Shown: positions 1-10,679 of the stretch, piece after piece
How the letters are laid out: each line of letters opens with the position of its first letter
Numbering within the stretch: the first letter of the stretch is position 1
IMG/VR virus record: IMGVR_UViG_3300031857_000025
From: a virus
Length of the DNA stretch: 64,000 nt
Reading direction: 5' to 3' (one strand)
Program-made: the position numbers and the translations under genes
The notes under the pieces: generated by a model
Told to the model about the DNA's origin: nothing
Databases searched by the model: none
What the model saw: only the letters and a program-made list of their open reading frames with translations

Positions 1-123
1 ACCTATGCAGATTATTGTGACAAACATGGTATTCAGTGGGCGGAAAAAACAATACCACAGTCATGGATCGATGAAGAAAAAAAAGCAGACAAAAAGGTTG
101 ATCTTTTGAAAAAGTTTTTATAA
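1..123 (+). CDS. T7 endonuclease I-like Holliday junction resolvase, 3' fragment
   Basis: Frame 1 reads TYADYCDKHGIQWAEKTIPQSWIDE...KKFL*, matching the TY..(W/Y)C.KHG..A...IP..W..E C-terminus of the endonuclease I family; not in the ORF track. Confidence 0.75.
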   Translation, partial: TYADYCDKHGIQWAEKTIPQSWIDEEKKADKKVDLLKKFL

Positions 124-128
124 ATTCA
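98..128 (+). promoter_or_regulatory. Putative host-type (early/middle) promoter for primase
   Basis: TTG(98-100)-N20-TAAATTCA; same spacing as the sites before bS21, polA, ssb and helicase. Confidence 0.35.
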
Positions 129-220
129 TTTATATAAATTTTCAATTGAAAGTTATTGAGATTGAAACATTGTTGTATATTATATGACAATGCTAATATT
201 AATAATATTAATAATATATA

Positions 221-1147
221 ATGAGTAAGTTATCGGTTATTTCTCTTCTCGAATCTGTTCTTGGTAAAAGTCGCCAATCAACTGACGATAATTTAGCTTT
301 TCATTGTCCATTCTGTCATCATCATAAACCTAAGTTAGAAGTTAATATCGTAACTCAACATTGGCATTGTTGGGTATGTAATGCGGCTGGTAGAAAGATA
401 CCTATCTTATTTCGTAAACTTAATACACCTCGAGAAAAAGTAGCTCAATTAATTAAACTACTAGATGGTGTAGAATATAAGCCTACTAAGACTACAACGG
501 ATACACCTGTAGTTGAACTTCCTAAAGAATATCGACCATTATGGGTTATGGATAAAGCTAATCCTGAGTATCGTAACGCCGTACGTTATTTACTTAACCG
601 TGGTATTACTATTCATGATATACTAAAATACAGAATTGGATATTGTGAAACTGGTCAATATTCCGGTAAGATAATTATTCCTAGTTATGATGCTAATGGT
701 AGTCTTAATTATTTTGTAGGTCGTGCCTATTATGAATCAGATGGCATGCGTCATAAGAATCCAAAAGTATCAAAAGATATAATTGGATTTGAACTGCATA
801 TAAACTGGAATATGCCAATTATATTAGTAGAAGGCGCATTTGATGCGATTGCTATTAAACGTAATGTTATTCCATTATTTGGTAAAACTATTTCAAATAC
901 ACTTAAGAAACGTATTGTAGAACGTAAAGTGAAAACTATATACATATGTCTAGATCTAGATGCTAGAAAACAAGCACTTGAAACAGCTGAGTATTTTATT
1001 AATAACGGTATAGATGTATACTTTGTAGAACTAACTGGTAAAGATCCTAGTGAATTAGGATTTGAACAGACTAAACATATACTAGATGCTACAACTAGAT
1101 TAACAGAACAGAATTTAATGCAAGAAAAGATATTATGCGCACTATAG
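221..1147 (+). CDS. DnaG-type DNA primase (Zn finger + TOPRIM)
   Basis: CPFC...HCWVC zinc-binding motif, GR motif, TOPRIM LVEGAFD and CLDLDA, KDP motif. Confidence 0.9.
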   Translation: MSKLSVISLLESVLGKSRQSTDDNLAFHCPFCHHHKPKLEVNIVTQHWHCWVCNAAGRKIPILFRKLNTPREKVAQLIKLLDGVEYKPTKTTTDTPVVELPKEYRPLWVMDKANPEYRNAVRYLLNRGITIHDILKYRIGYCETGQYSGKIIIPSYDANGSLNYFVGRAYYESDGMRHKNPKVSKDIIGFELHINWNMPIILVEGAFDAIAIKRNVIPLFGKTISNTLKKRIVERKVKTIYICLDLDARKQALETAEYFINNGIDVYFVELTGKDPSELGFEQTKHILDATTRLTEQNLMQEKILCAL

Positions 1148-4100
1148 ATATTGGGTTACCTACCATAGATAAAATTTTTCATATTGCTGATGTACATGTA
1201 CGTAATGTAAAACGTCATACAGAATATGAGCAAGTATTTAAACGATTATATAAATACATTAAGAAACATAAAACGGATAATAGTGTAATTTACGTTGCTG
1301 GCGATATTGTACATGCTAAGACAGATATGTCACCGGAACTAGTACATTGTGTATCAGATTTCTTTAGCAGTTTAGCGGCCATTGCGCCTACATTAATTAT
1401 TACTGGTAATCATGATTGCAACTTAAATAACTCCCATCGTCTAGATGCCATTTCCCCTATAGTTAAAGCCTTAAATGACTCCAATATACACTATCTTAAA
1501 GATAACGGTATATACTATATTTCAGGCATACACTTTAACGTTATGTCAGTGTTTGAAAAGCCAGCGAACTATATAAAAGCTAGTGATTTTACAGGTAATT
1601 ATAAGATTGCATTTCACCATGGTGCAGTAAATTCTGCAGAAACTGATATGGGCATGACATTGAGTAATACTCATGTTACAACTGAATTGTTTGAAGGGCA
1701 TGATTTAGTATTATTAGGTGATATTCATAAACCGCAATTCTTAAATAAGAATAAGACAATTGCATATGCTGGTAGTTTAATACAACAAAATTTTGGCGAA
1801 GGACTTCACCATGGCATCATGGTATGGGATCTGGCTACACGTTCTTGTGAATTTGTTGAAATAGGAAATGATTATGGTTATTATACATTTGATATTGATA
1901 ACGGAGTAATACAAAACCCAGCTACGGTAATGCCTAAAAAACCTAGAATTCGTTTAAAGGTTAAAGATACAGATTCGGGTACGCTTAAAACGATAGTAGC
2001 TGAAATAAAACATAAATACAAAGTACAAGAAATTACCATACAGAAAGTTAATCCATTATCATCTGTTACTGCTGGTAAAAGAATATCATTTGGTAATGTA
2101 CGTGATGTAGAATGGCAAAACACGGTAATATCAGATTACCTATCTGACGAATTAGCATTAGATGACGCCATGCTTGACTGTGTACGTCATATCAATCGTA
2201 CGGTATTTTCAAAACTACCAGATTCTGAGTTAACTCGCAATGTAGTATGGGTGCCAAAATATTTTGAATTTAGTAACATGTTTAGTTATGGCGATGATAA
2301 TCATGTTGACTTTGCTAATATGTCAGGTACATATGGATTGTTTGCTCCTAATGCTTCTGGTAAGTCTACATTGTTAGATGCTTTAGCATTTTGTTGTTTT
2401 GATAAATGTAGTCGTACTAATAAAGCTGTTCATGTATTGAATAATAAATGCGATCGTTTTGCTAGTAAATTTACATTTGATCTAGACGGTAAGACATATG
2501 TAATTGAACGTAATGGTAAAAAGCAAAGTAACGGGCATGTTAAAGTAGATGTAGAATTTTATCATGTAGATGATACTGGTAATATTACATCATTAAACGG
2601 TGACCAACGTGATTCTACTAATAAAATAGTACAACAGTACTTAGGTACATATGAAGACTTTGTATTAACGGCACTATCACTGCAAAATAATAATACTGGA
2701 TTTATTGACATGTCTCAAAAAGATCGTAAAGACTTATTGAGTCAGTTTTTAGATATCAATGTATTTGAAAAACAGTATCAGATCGCAGCTGATGATAGTA
2801 AAGACACTGCCGCATTAATACGGGAATATAAACGAACTGATATAGGTACAATATTGGCAGATGCTGAACGTATCATATCACATACATCTCAAAGTTACAA
2901 TGAATTGTTAACTGAAAAACAAACAGTTGATCGTATGAAGGATGATATTAATGATCAGATTATTGATCTGTCAAAACAACTACGTCCTATAGATGATAAT
3001 ATAAAACACCCAGAGCAACTACAAACGGCATATCATACCATGCTGTCAGAATTAGATACATTAAAAGAGACTGTTACGGCTATTGAAACAGATATTAACA
3101 ATCAACAAGATATTGTAGATTCATGGCGTAATAATGTAGCAGAATATGACATTACAGAAATACGTAGTAATATTATTACTGAAGAACAAAATAAAAAACG
3201 TTTAGCTGAGTTAACTACAAAATTACAAGTATTACAACAACAAATATCACATGCTAACCGTATGGTTGATAAATTAGATAATCATAAGTGGGATCCAAAT
3301 TGTGAATATTGCATGGCTAATCCATGGTTACATGATACTAAATTGGAGGCCGAAAAATTACCAAAACTACAAGAAGAACATGATAATCTATTAATTGAAA
3401 TTGCCGATATTAAAGTTAATTTTCCAACAGTAAGTGCTACTAATTTATTAAATGGGTATCAAGTAGCAGAACAACGTTTACATACTGAAGAACAAAAACT
3501 ATCGACACTGACAAATAAACTAAATAGTACATTATTAACAGTACAATCTAGTGAAGATAAGATTACTCGATTAGTAGAGCTAATAAAAACAGCTGAAGAC
3601 CGTATTACTGATATTGAAACTAATAAACAACTAGAATCTGAAATATCAGAACTTCAAAGTGAAGTAACATACTTAACATCAGAACTTAAACAAGTAGATA
3701 ATCGTTTATTAGAATGTTCTGGTAAACTTCATGCTGCGGAAACAGCTAAGCAAAATGCTATACGAGATATTGAGCGGTTAACTGAGTTAGAAGTACAGTA
3801 CAAAGCATATGAATATTATCTACAAGCAGTTAAACGTGACGGCGTACCGTATCAATTAATAGCTCGAGCATTACCACAAATTGAAGCCGAAATAAATAAT
3901 ATATTAACGCAGATAGTAGATTTTACTGTTATATTAAATACTGATGGTAAAAATATACATGGCTTTATTGTATATGATAATGATAATTATTGGCCAATGG
4001 AACTAACATCCGGTATGGAAAAGTTTATTGCATCTCTTGCAATACGTACGTCATTGATTAACGTCAGTAGTTTACCTAGACCTAATTTCTTAGCTATTGA

Positions 4101-4287
4101 TGAAGGGTTTGGTGTACTTGATTCGGATAATTTGAATAGTATGTACATGTTGTTCGACTACCTTAAATCTCAGTTTGGTTTTATTATGTGTATATCTCAT
4201 ATTGATGCTATGCGTGATGTAGTTGATAAGCTTATTGAGATTAAAAAAGAAAACGGGTACTCTAAAATAAATTACTCATATTTATAA
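1135..4287 (+). CDS. Fused Mre11/SbcD nuclease - Rad50/SbcC ATPase (gp47-gp46-like)
   Basis: Phosphoesterase motifs DVH, GD, GNHD, GDIH; Walker A PNASGKST; coiled coil with CEYC zinc hook; signature SGMEK; Walker B IDEGFGVLD; ISH loop. Confidence 0.93.
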   Translation: MRTIDIGLPTIDKIFHIADVHVRNVKRHTEYEQVFKRLYKYIKKHKTDNSVIYVAGDIVHAKTDMSPELVHCVSDFFSSLAAIAPTLIITGNHDCNLNNSHRLDAISPIVKALNDSNIHYLKDNGIYYISGIHFNVMSVFEKPANYIKASDFTGNYKIAFHHGAVNSAETDMGMTLSNTHVTTELFEGHDLVLLGDIHKPQFLNKNKTIAYAGSLIQQNFGEGLHHGIMVWDLATRSCEFVEIGNDYGYYTFDIDNGVIQNPATVMPKKPRIRLKVKDTDSGTLKTIVAEIKHKYKVQEITIQKVNPLSSVTAGKRISFGNVRDVEWQNTVISDYLSDELALDDAMLDCVRHINRTVFSKLPDSELTRNVVWVPKYFEFSNMFSYGDDNHVDFANMSGTYGLFAPNASGKSTLLDALAFCCFDKCSRTNKAVHVLNNKCDRFASKFTFDLDGKTYVIERNGKKQSNGHVKVDVEFYHVDDTGNITSLNGDQRDSTNKIVQQYLGTYEDFVLTALSLQNNNTGFIDMSQKDRKDLLSQFLDINVFEKQYQIAADDSKDTAALIREYKRTDIGTILADAERIISHTSQSYNELLTEKQTVDRMKDDINDQIIDLSKQLRPIDDNIKHPEQLQTAYHTMLSELDTLKETVTAIETDINNQQDIVDSWRNNVAEYDITEIRSNIITEEQNKKRLAELTTKLQVLQQQISHANRMVDKLDNHKWDPNCEYCMANPWLHDTKLEAEKLPKLQEEHDNLLIEIADIKVNFPTVSATNLLNGYQVAEQRLHTEEQKLSTLTNKLNSTLLTVQSSEDKITRLVELIKTAEDRITDIETNKQLESEISELQSEVTYLTSELKQVDNRLLECSGKLHAAETAKQNAIRDIERLTELEVQYKAYEYYLQAVKRDGVPYQLIARALPQIEAEINNILTQIVDFTVILNTDGKNIHGFIVYDNDNYWPMELTSGMEKFIASLAIRTSLINVSSLPRPNFLAIDEGFGVLDSDNLNSMYMLFDYLKSQFGFIMCISHIDAMRDVVDKLIEIKKENGYSKINYSYL

Positions 4288-4303
4288 GAAAATGAGGATA
4301 TAA

Positions 4304-7300
4304 ATGCCGTTACGTAAACGTGTAGGTTATTTTGGCTTACGTGATTTATCTTATTCAATAATAGATACTAGTGAAAATTCACCAAACTTTTTTCGGATAA
4401 TTGAATTTCCTGAAAAGTTTAAAGCTGGTAAAAATCTTATTAAGATATCAGCAAATCGTGAATATTTAGTTGATGGTAGTGAAATACATATTGAAATACT
4501 AGATTATAATAATAACCCAGTTTATTACGAACCTATCCGTTACGTAGAAAAAGATGGTACACGTGTAATTGCAGTTTATATCTACCCGGATACATCGCCA
4601 GGTGATTGTACTGTATTTTTAGCAGGAAGGGCTTCTCAAGACCCCAGTACTGGTAATCTATATCGTTTTAGTAAAAATAGTAATGACGCTGATTATTTTC
4701 AAGTACCAAATGTTATTTGGTCGCGTAAATGTAATGTAGCACCAAAGGCATCAAACGATATTGAAATAATATTCACACAACAACCTAGAGTTACTATAAC
4801 AGAAATAGTACAGCCTTATTTGCAACCAGTTAATTTAACTAATATATTTACTCAGGTAAGTAGTAGTGGTACTATATCATTAAGTACTCCATCTACATTA
4901 GCACGTACAGGGCTTACTGATATTGATAGTTCAGTTGCAGAAGGAGCAGGGTCTACTCGTACGCCGTCATTCGGTAGACAATTTTATAATAATAACACTG
5001 TACAGTCGCAATTAACTGATACATCTGCAGCAGTTACAGTATCTCCGACACTGCAAACTTTAACTGGATACTCCACTGTAACAACTAGTCAGCCATTTTT
5101 CTCAGCAAGTATGGTTAACGGTACGTTAACTGTAAAAAATCCGATATTGACTATTAGTGGATTAACGGCTGGTGCTAATAATTTAGTATATCCAGCATCG
5201 CAGTTTAATGAAACAACTAATGATTATGGAGGTGCGACACGCGCATTGAGCGGTTCATATGATTTTGCAATCGTACAGGTACTTAATAATACATCAGCAC
5301 GTGTATCACAAATTGGTGGATTTCTTAATGGTGAAGATACATTAGGTCAATTTAATGTTAGTTTGTTGTCTGTTGGAACATCTGGTACATCAATTCGTGA
5401 TTCGCGTGATTATACATTATATAACGTAAATAGTTTTAACGCGTCTTCAGATTTTACAGCTAGTTTTATAAAGCCTTCTGAAGTAATATACACCGAAAAT
5501 TCTGCTAGCTTTGCTGATATTATATTATCAAATACAGAACCAGCAACCGGCGATGTATATCGTATTAAAACATTATTTAAACCTAGTGGTCAATTTGGTG
5601 ATTTTATTGATTTAGGTGATACTATAGTAGAACAGACAGATATATTAATTGATACAAGTTCTTTAGAAACTAATGTAACAGTTGGTTCATATTATGAAAA
5701 TTTTGGAACAATAGAAAGTTTATCTGAAATAAACACATACTGGACAGCATCGGCATTGGGTACAATTAGTACATCTAATCCAATGACCATTGCATATGAT
5801 ATGGATACACTAGTCGGTGGAATAAAAATGACACCTACAACTACTGCGTTTCAAGATAATGATGCGGTTATATTATCAATTAAACCACAATATAATCCAA
5901 GAGTATATAAAGATACGGAATATATTGTAGTATTTAATATAGCAAATACATCTAATATAACATCATTTTCATCGACAAATACTAATATACCTAATGCGCG
6001 TTTAGATGTTTATATATCCGGATCTGCGGTTACATCTCAAGAAGCATTTAAACGAGTCACTACCGGTGATGTACTACCAGTAAGTAATTTTAATTCGACG
6101 GTTATTAATAATTTTAAAGATAATGGAGTACTAGGTTCACGTATTGGTACATATGAAACAACTAAAGTACCAGAAGCAAATGCTACAGTAACATTTAGAT
6201 TTATTGCAACAGAAGATAAACCTATTGATTTAAAATTTGTAACACGTCATGGTGCATTTATAATAAGTGATATTCAAGTTTTGGCTAATCAAGAGACTGG
6301 ATTTTCACCTAATTATATACGTATTAATAAAAGAATACCGACAGAGCATCTTAAAACGCCATTAACGTTTAAGTTTCAATATTTTGATTTTCGTGGACGT
6401 AAAGCTGATACTGAAACTATAGCTTATGGTGCGGTATTTGATGGCGATAACACATATATAAATGGTACTAATAATCTATTAACAGGCTCTGTATATATAG
6501 GTAATGGTATTGGTACTGGTATTGAAATGGCCGGTGTAAATTCAGGTTTTATACGTTCGATAGGATATGAAGGATTTATATCAGCATCAGATCCAGCAAA
6601 AGGTGGCGCACCCGGATGGATGTTGTATTCAGGATCAGTACTACCAAATTCGGGTGATAATTATTCAGGTGTAGGACTTGAACTAGTTGCTGGATCTGAT
6701 AATTACTTTAAATACGGAACGTCAAATGGCGGCTCATTAGAAGTACGTACTAACAAATTCTTTTTAGGTAGTGCTAATCAATTTATTTCTGGGGCAAATG
6801 GTAATATAGAAATATCATCTAGTAATTTTCATTTAACTGCTCAAGGTAATGTAACAGCATCAAATGCATTATTTACTGGTGTGGCATTAGCAAATATAAT
6901 ACGCGATAAAACCGTAGTTATAACAGCCGCAAACTCTGCTAGTTATTTTGACCGTTATGATTATAGTAGTAATCTAGGCGACCAGTGGGCATATTGGTTA
7001 CGATTAGATGGTAACAATGGCGGAGAGCAAGTACGACGTGTGACAATTAATTGTGATTTATTGTATCCATTAGGAAAAATTGCATTTCCTAGTTTAGGTA
7101 ATAGTTCTAGGATTGATATTATTATAGAAAATAACGTAGCCGGTAATGAAATTTTAGATATATTCAATGTTGAAAAAGGTACTATCACAAATCCAGCTAG
7201 AGTATCATTACCAGCAGGAGCCGTAATGCAACTTGCCTCTGTATTTCCTGGTACATCACAAACAGATTGGAATTGTATTGGTGGTAGTATACAGCCATTC

Positions 7301-7822
7301 TCTGGATATACATATAAACGCGGTGTAATTGTAACAGGTTCGTTAGAAGTTACGGGTTCATTAATAATGAACAACAATAAGCAGTTTAATCATGGAGCTT
7401 TTAGTAATACATCTAGCATAACAAATCCAGGGGCTAATGTATCGGCTTCATTTACATATACTACGGTAGATGTTGCTGACGGTATAACGTATACAAACAA
7501 CTCTCGTATACAATTTCCGAATGATGGAGTATACAATATACAATTTTCAGCTCAAATAGATAACATCAGCGGAGCAGATGATGTGTATATATGGTTAAAG
7601 AAAAACGGTCAGAATATTGCAAATACCGCAACACAAATAACTGCCGCAAATAATATAACAACTGTTGCAGCATGGAATTGGGTATATTCATTTTTAAACG
7701 CTGATTATGCGGAAATTGCATGGCAAACTAGCGCAGGAAATGCTATAATTGATGCATTCCCTGCCTTAGGGAACATACCAGCTATACCAAGTGTAATAGT
7801 AACCGTAACGCAAGTAGCGTAA
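4304..7822 (+). CDS. Large putative virion structural (baseplate/tail-associated) protein
   Basis: 1172 aa, S/T/G/N-rich beta-type composition, SGS/TGS motifs shared with the tail fibres, late box at 4278. Confidence 0.55.
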   Translation: MPLRKRVGYFGLRDLSYSIIDTSENSPNFFRIIEFPEKFKAGKNLIKISANREYLVDGSEIHIEILDYNNNPVYYEPIRYVEKDGTRVIAVYIYPDTSPGDCTVFLAGRASQDPSTGNLYRFSKNSNDADYFQVPNVIWSRKCNVAPKASNDIEIIFTQQPRVTITEIVQPYLQPVNLTNIFTQVSSSGTISLSTPSTLARTGLTDIDSSVAEGAGSTRTPSFGRQFYNNNTVQSQLTDTSAAVTVSPTLQTLTGYSTVTTSQPFFSASMVNGTLTVKNPILTISGLTAGANNLVYPASQFNETTNDYGGATRALSGSYDFAIVQVLNNTSARVSQIGGFLNGEDTLGQFNVSLLSVGTSGTSIRDSRDYTLYNVNSFNASSDFTASFIKPSEVIYTENSASFADIILSNTEPATGDVYRIKTLFKPSGQFGDFIDLGDTIVEQTDILIDTSSLETNVTVGSYYENFGTIESLSEINTYWTASALGTISTSNPMTIAYDMDTLVGGIKMTPTTTAFQDNDAVILSIKPQYNPRVYKDTEYIVVFNIANTSNITSFSSTNTNIPNARLDVYISGSAVTSQEAFKRVTTGDVLPVSNFNSTVINNFKDNGVLGSRIGTYETTKVPEANATVTFRFIATEDKPIDLKFVTRHGAFIISDIQVLANQETGFSPNYIRINKRIPTEHLKTPLTFKFQYFDFRGRKADTETIAYGAVFDGDNTYINGTNNLLTGSVYIGNGIGTGIEMAGVNSGFIRSIGYEGFISASDPAKGGAPGWMLYSGSVLPNSGDNYSGVGLELVAGSDNYFKYGTSNGGSLEVRTNKFFLGSANQFISGANGNIEISSSNFHLTAQGNVTASNALFTGVALANIIRDKTVVITAANSASYFDRYDYSSNLGDQWAYWLRLDGNNGGEQVRRVTINCDLLYPLGKIAFPSLGNSSRIDIIIENNVAGNEILDIFNVEKGTITNPARVSLPAGAVMQLASVFPGTSQTDWNCIGGSIQPFSGYTYKRGVIVTGSLEVTGSLIMNNNKQFNHGAFSNTSSITNPGANVSASFTYTTVDVADGITYTNNSRIQFPNDGVYNIQFSAQIDNISGADDVYIWLKKNGQNIANTATQITAANNITTVAAWNWVYSFLNADYAEIAWQTSAGNAIIDAFPALGNIPAIPSVIVTVTQVA

Positions 7823-7829
7823 TATTTAT
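7822..7829 (+). promoter_or_regulatory. Late-type promoter box ATATTTAT
   Basis: Recurrent motif; here 14 nt before the ATG at 7844. Confidence 0.6.
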
Positions 7830-7843
7830 TCAAAAGGATATCA

Positions 7844-9505
7844 ATGAATTTAGGTGAATGGCTAGTAGAACAAATCATAACTGAAGATACTAATATTAAA
7901 CAAATCATAGCTGTATACCCAGGACGTTTTCAACCATTTGGTCGTCATCATGCAGAAGCATTTCGCTGGTTACAAAAACAATTCGGCGCTAACAATGCAT
8001 TTGTAGTTACTAGTGATAAAGTGGAAAAACCTAAATCGCCATTTTCATTTGCTGATAAAAAACTTATAATCGGTCAGTATGGTATTAAAAATGTAATACA
8101 AGTTAAGAATCCATATAAAGCCGAAGAGTTATTATCACAATACGATCCAGCCACTACTGCGGTAGTATTTATGGTTGGTGATAAGGATATGCAAGAAGAT
8201 CCTAGATTCCGTATTGGTAAACTTAAGTCTGGTAAAGATTCTTATTTCCAAGATTATAAAACACATAAAAACAATATGGTCGGATATGACCAACATGGAT
8301 ACTTAATTGTAGCACCTCATGTATCATTAAACATTCCAGGATATGGAGAAATGTCAGGAACGGCATTAAGAGCTGCATTAAAAAACGGTACACCAGAAAC
8401 ATTTAAAAAAATATTAGGATGGGATGATATGAAGTTAGTTGATTTAGTAAAAGATCGTTTATCAGAAGGACTGATAACAGAAGGTGGTGCTGGTGGACAC
8501 ATGGCACATCCATTTGATATTGATTGGGTAAAGACTGGAAAGGATCTAGTTAAAGTATTTGTACAGTCAGCTGAATACCTAAAGAAAGGACCAGCCTCTG
8601 TTAAAATTGATGGCGTAAATGCTAGTATTCGTTTAGTAGATGTCGATGGTAAAAAAGTGTTTGTAATGGACCGCGGTTCTAATAAACCATTAGATGTTAA
8701 AGGTATTACAAAAGCTGATTTAGAAGATCGTTTTGGTGTGGGCCATGGTATGATTATTATTGGTGGAAAAGTATTAGATATATTTAATGACGCATTACCA
8801 GATATTACGCCAATGCTTAAGAAATTAGGAATGTGGGACAATCCAAATATTTTGTTTAATATTGAATATGTAGCTGGTAGTACTAATGTATTATCATATA
8901 ATAAAAACTTCTTAGCTATACACGGATTGCTAGAAATTGAACAAGTAACTCCAAAGCGTAGAGCTACTAAAGAGATTTCATATAATAAAAAAGCATTGCA
9001 AGACTTATTAAATGCTTTAGCTCCGACTGCTAATGAAAATGGATATGAGGTATTAGGATCAGTTCCTACTACATTAGATTCAGATCCGGACTTTCAAGGC
9101 GAATTAGCAAAGAAATATACTGTTATTGTTAATGGTAAAAAAGTATCAAAGACATTGAGCCAATGGTTAGCTACTGCTACTAATCAAAAAGAAACTATGA
9201 TTAAATTAGCAGATGGTAAAACGGTAGGTGCTCAAAGTAAACAAATATTAATGGCAATTGCAGATAAAAAGGATGTAGCCGAGTTAGTAGCAGATCCTGC
9301 AGATCAACAAAAAGCAATTGACGGATTTGTTATGTATTTAGCTACTATGGAACTAGGAAATGCAGTACTAGAAGCATTAAGTTCTCCACTAGGTCCAGTA
9401 CGTGAACATGAAGGTATTGTAATACGTGATCCTAAAATATACAGTAAACCATTTAAGATTACTGGTAGATTCATAGTTAAAGGATTAGAATCATCTTTTA
9501 GATAA
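7844..9505 (+). CDS. Cytidylyltransferase-like (HIGH/HUP fold) domain fused to a ligase-like nucleotidyltransferase domain
   Basis: N-terminal YPGRFQPFGRHH and SGTALR; C-terminal KIDG, IEY, EGIVI, FKITG resembling ligase motifs I, III, IV, V; linker LSEGLITEG. Confidence 0.7.
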   Translation: MNLGEWLVEQIITEDTNIKQIIAVYPGRFQPFGRHHAEAFRWLQKQFGANNAFVVTSDKVEKPKSPFSFADKKLIIGQYGIKNVIQVKNPYKAEELLSQYDPATTAVVFMVGDKDMQEDPRFRIGKLKSGKDSYFQDYKTHKNNMVGYDQHGYLIVAPHVSLNIPGYGEMSGTALRAALKNGTPETFKKILGWDDMKLVDLVKDRLSEGLITEGGAGGHMAHPFDIDWVKTGKDLVKVFVQSAEYLKKGPASVKIDGVNASIRLVDVDGKKVFVMDRGSNKPLDVKGITKADLEDRFGVGHGMIIIGGKVLDIFNDALPDITPMLKKLGMWDNPNILFNIEYVAGSTNVLSYNKNFLAIHGLLEIEQVTPKRRATKEISYNKKALQDLLNALAPTANENGYEVLGSVPTTLDSDPDFQGELAKKYTVIVNGKKVSKTLSQWLATATNQKETMIKLADGKTVGAQSKQILMAIADKKDVAELVADPADQQKAIDGFVMYLATMELGNAVLEALSSPLGPVREHEGIVIRDPKIYSKPFKITGRFIVKGLESSFR

Positions 9506-9531
9506 TATTTATACAATATAAAAGGAACAAT

Positions 9532-10074
9532 ATGACAGAAAAACAATTACGTGAAGCAATTCGTAAGGAAATACGTAGCCAAATAAGTGAAGCGGATACT
9601 GATTTTTTAAACAAAATTGGTAGCAACTTAAGATCTAAATTAGGATCTGCAAAAACTCAGTTAAACGTTGGTTTAGGTAAAATTGACCCAAAACGTATTG
9701 CTAGTATGACACCGGAACAAAAGGCTGAATTAACTGCACAATTAACACAGCAGTTAGGATTAACGGCAAAAGATTTTAATACTATCAAACAACGTATTGC
9801 TCGTAAATTAGGAGCGGCTGAAAAGTTAACAACAACTGAGAGTATAATTAATGAGTTAGATATGGATACACCAGAATCTAAAGTATCTTCTGGATTATCA
9901 CAACGATCAGATCGAGTTAAAGAAACTGCTGCGTTTAAGCAGATGGTAAAGATGTTAGAAAATAAGCCAGCTACGGAACAAGCTAATTTTGTATTAGAAT
10001 TATTACAAGGTTTACCATTAGATGAAGCAGCTAAACGTATGTTACGCATGCGTATTAAAACCGAGTTAAAATAA
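9532..10074 (+). CDS. Hypothetical protein, putative internal head protein
   Basis: Leader LREAIRKEIRSQISE; own late box 9505-9512; AAGGA upstream. Confidence 0.6.
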   Translation: MTEKQLREAIRKEIRSQISEADTDFLNKIGSNLRSKLGSAKTQLNVGLGKIDPKRIASMTPEQKAELTAQLTQQLGLTAKDFNTIKQRIARKLGAAEKLTTTESIINELDMDTPESKVSSGLSQRSDRVKETAAFKQMVKMLENKPATEQANFVLELLQGLPLDEAAKRMLRMRIKTELK

Positions 10075-10075
10075 T

Positions 10076-10678
10076 ATGTCAAATAAGTTACAAAACACAA
10101 AAGCTTTAAAAGAGCTATTATCTGGCCAACACAAAAGTCAAACCAGAACTAGTTACGGTTACACTAGTACATCAACTGAAAAACATAATGTAGGTGATGT
10201 ATGGACAGAAACAGATCCTAAAACAGGAACTGTATGGAGATTTGAACAGAAGGATGGATATCGTACAAAAACTGTTGATAATAGTATTTTAGATACAATA
10301 CGTAAATCATTAGCAGTTCCAGATAAATGTCCTTGTTGTAATGGTAATATGCGAGATCATGAAAAGCAGTTACATTTCAAAATGTATTTCATGCATAAAA
10401 AATGCTTTTCATGTGTATTAAAGGAAGAACATGCTATTCGATTACAAGGTACGGAGGCATGGGAACAGTATAGTAAACAGCGTATGTTAGCAAATGCAGA
10501 AGCATGGTTTACTGATGCAGATAAAGAAGTGGCATTATTACGTGAAGCGGTTAAATTACAATTTGCACAAAATGCGGACGGTCGTATGGAAGAATGGGAC
10601 CAATCAGCATTTTTAGAAAAATTTGATAGTGATTATATCAAACTTAAAGAACAAATATTAAACGACCTTAAAGGATAA
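10076..10678 (+). CDS. Hypothetical Zn-binding protein near terminase
   Basis: CPCC and CFSC cysteine pairs; tightly coupled to its neighbours. Confidence 0.6.
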   Translation: MSNKLQNTKALKELLSGQHKSQTRTSYGYTSTSTEKHNVGDVWTETDPKTGTVWRFEQKDGYRTKTVDNSILDTIRKSLAVPDKCPCCNGNMRDHEKQLHFKMYFMHKKCFSCVLKEEHAIRLQGTEAWEQYSKQRMLANAEAWFTDADKEVALLREAVKLQFAQNADGRMEEWDQSAFLEKFDSDYIKLKEQILNDLKG

Positions 10679-10679
10679 G

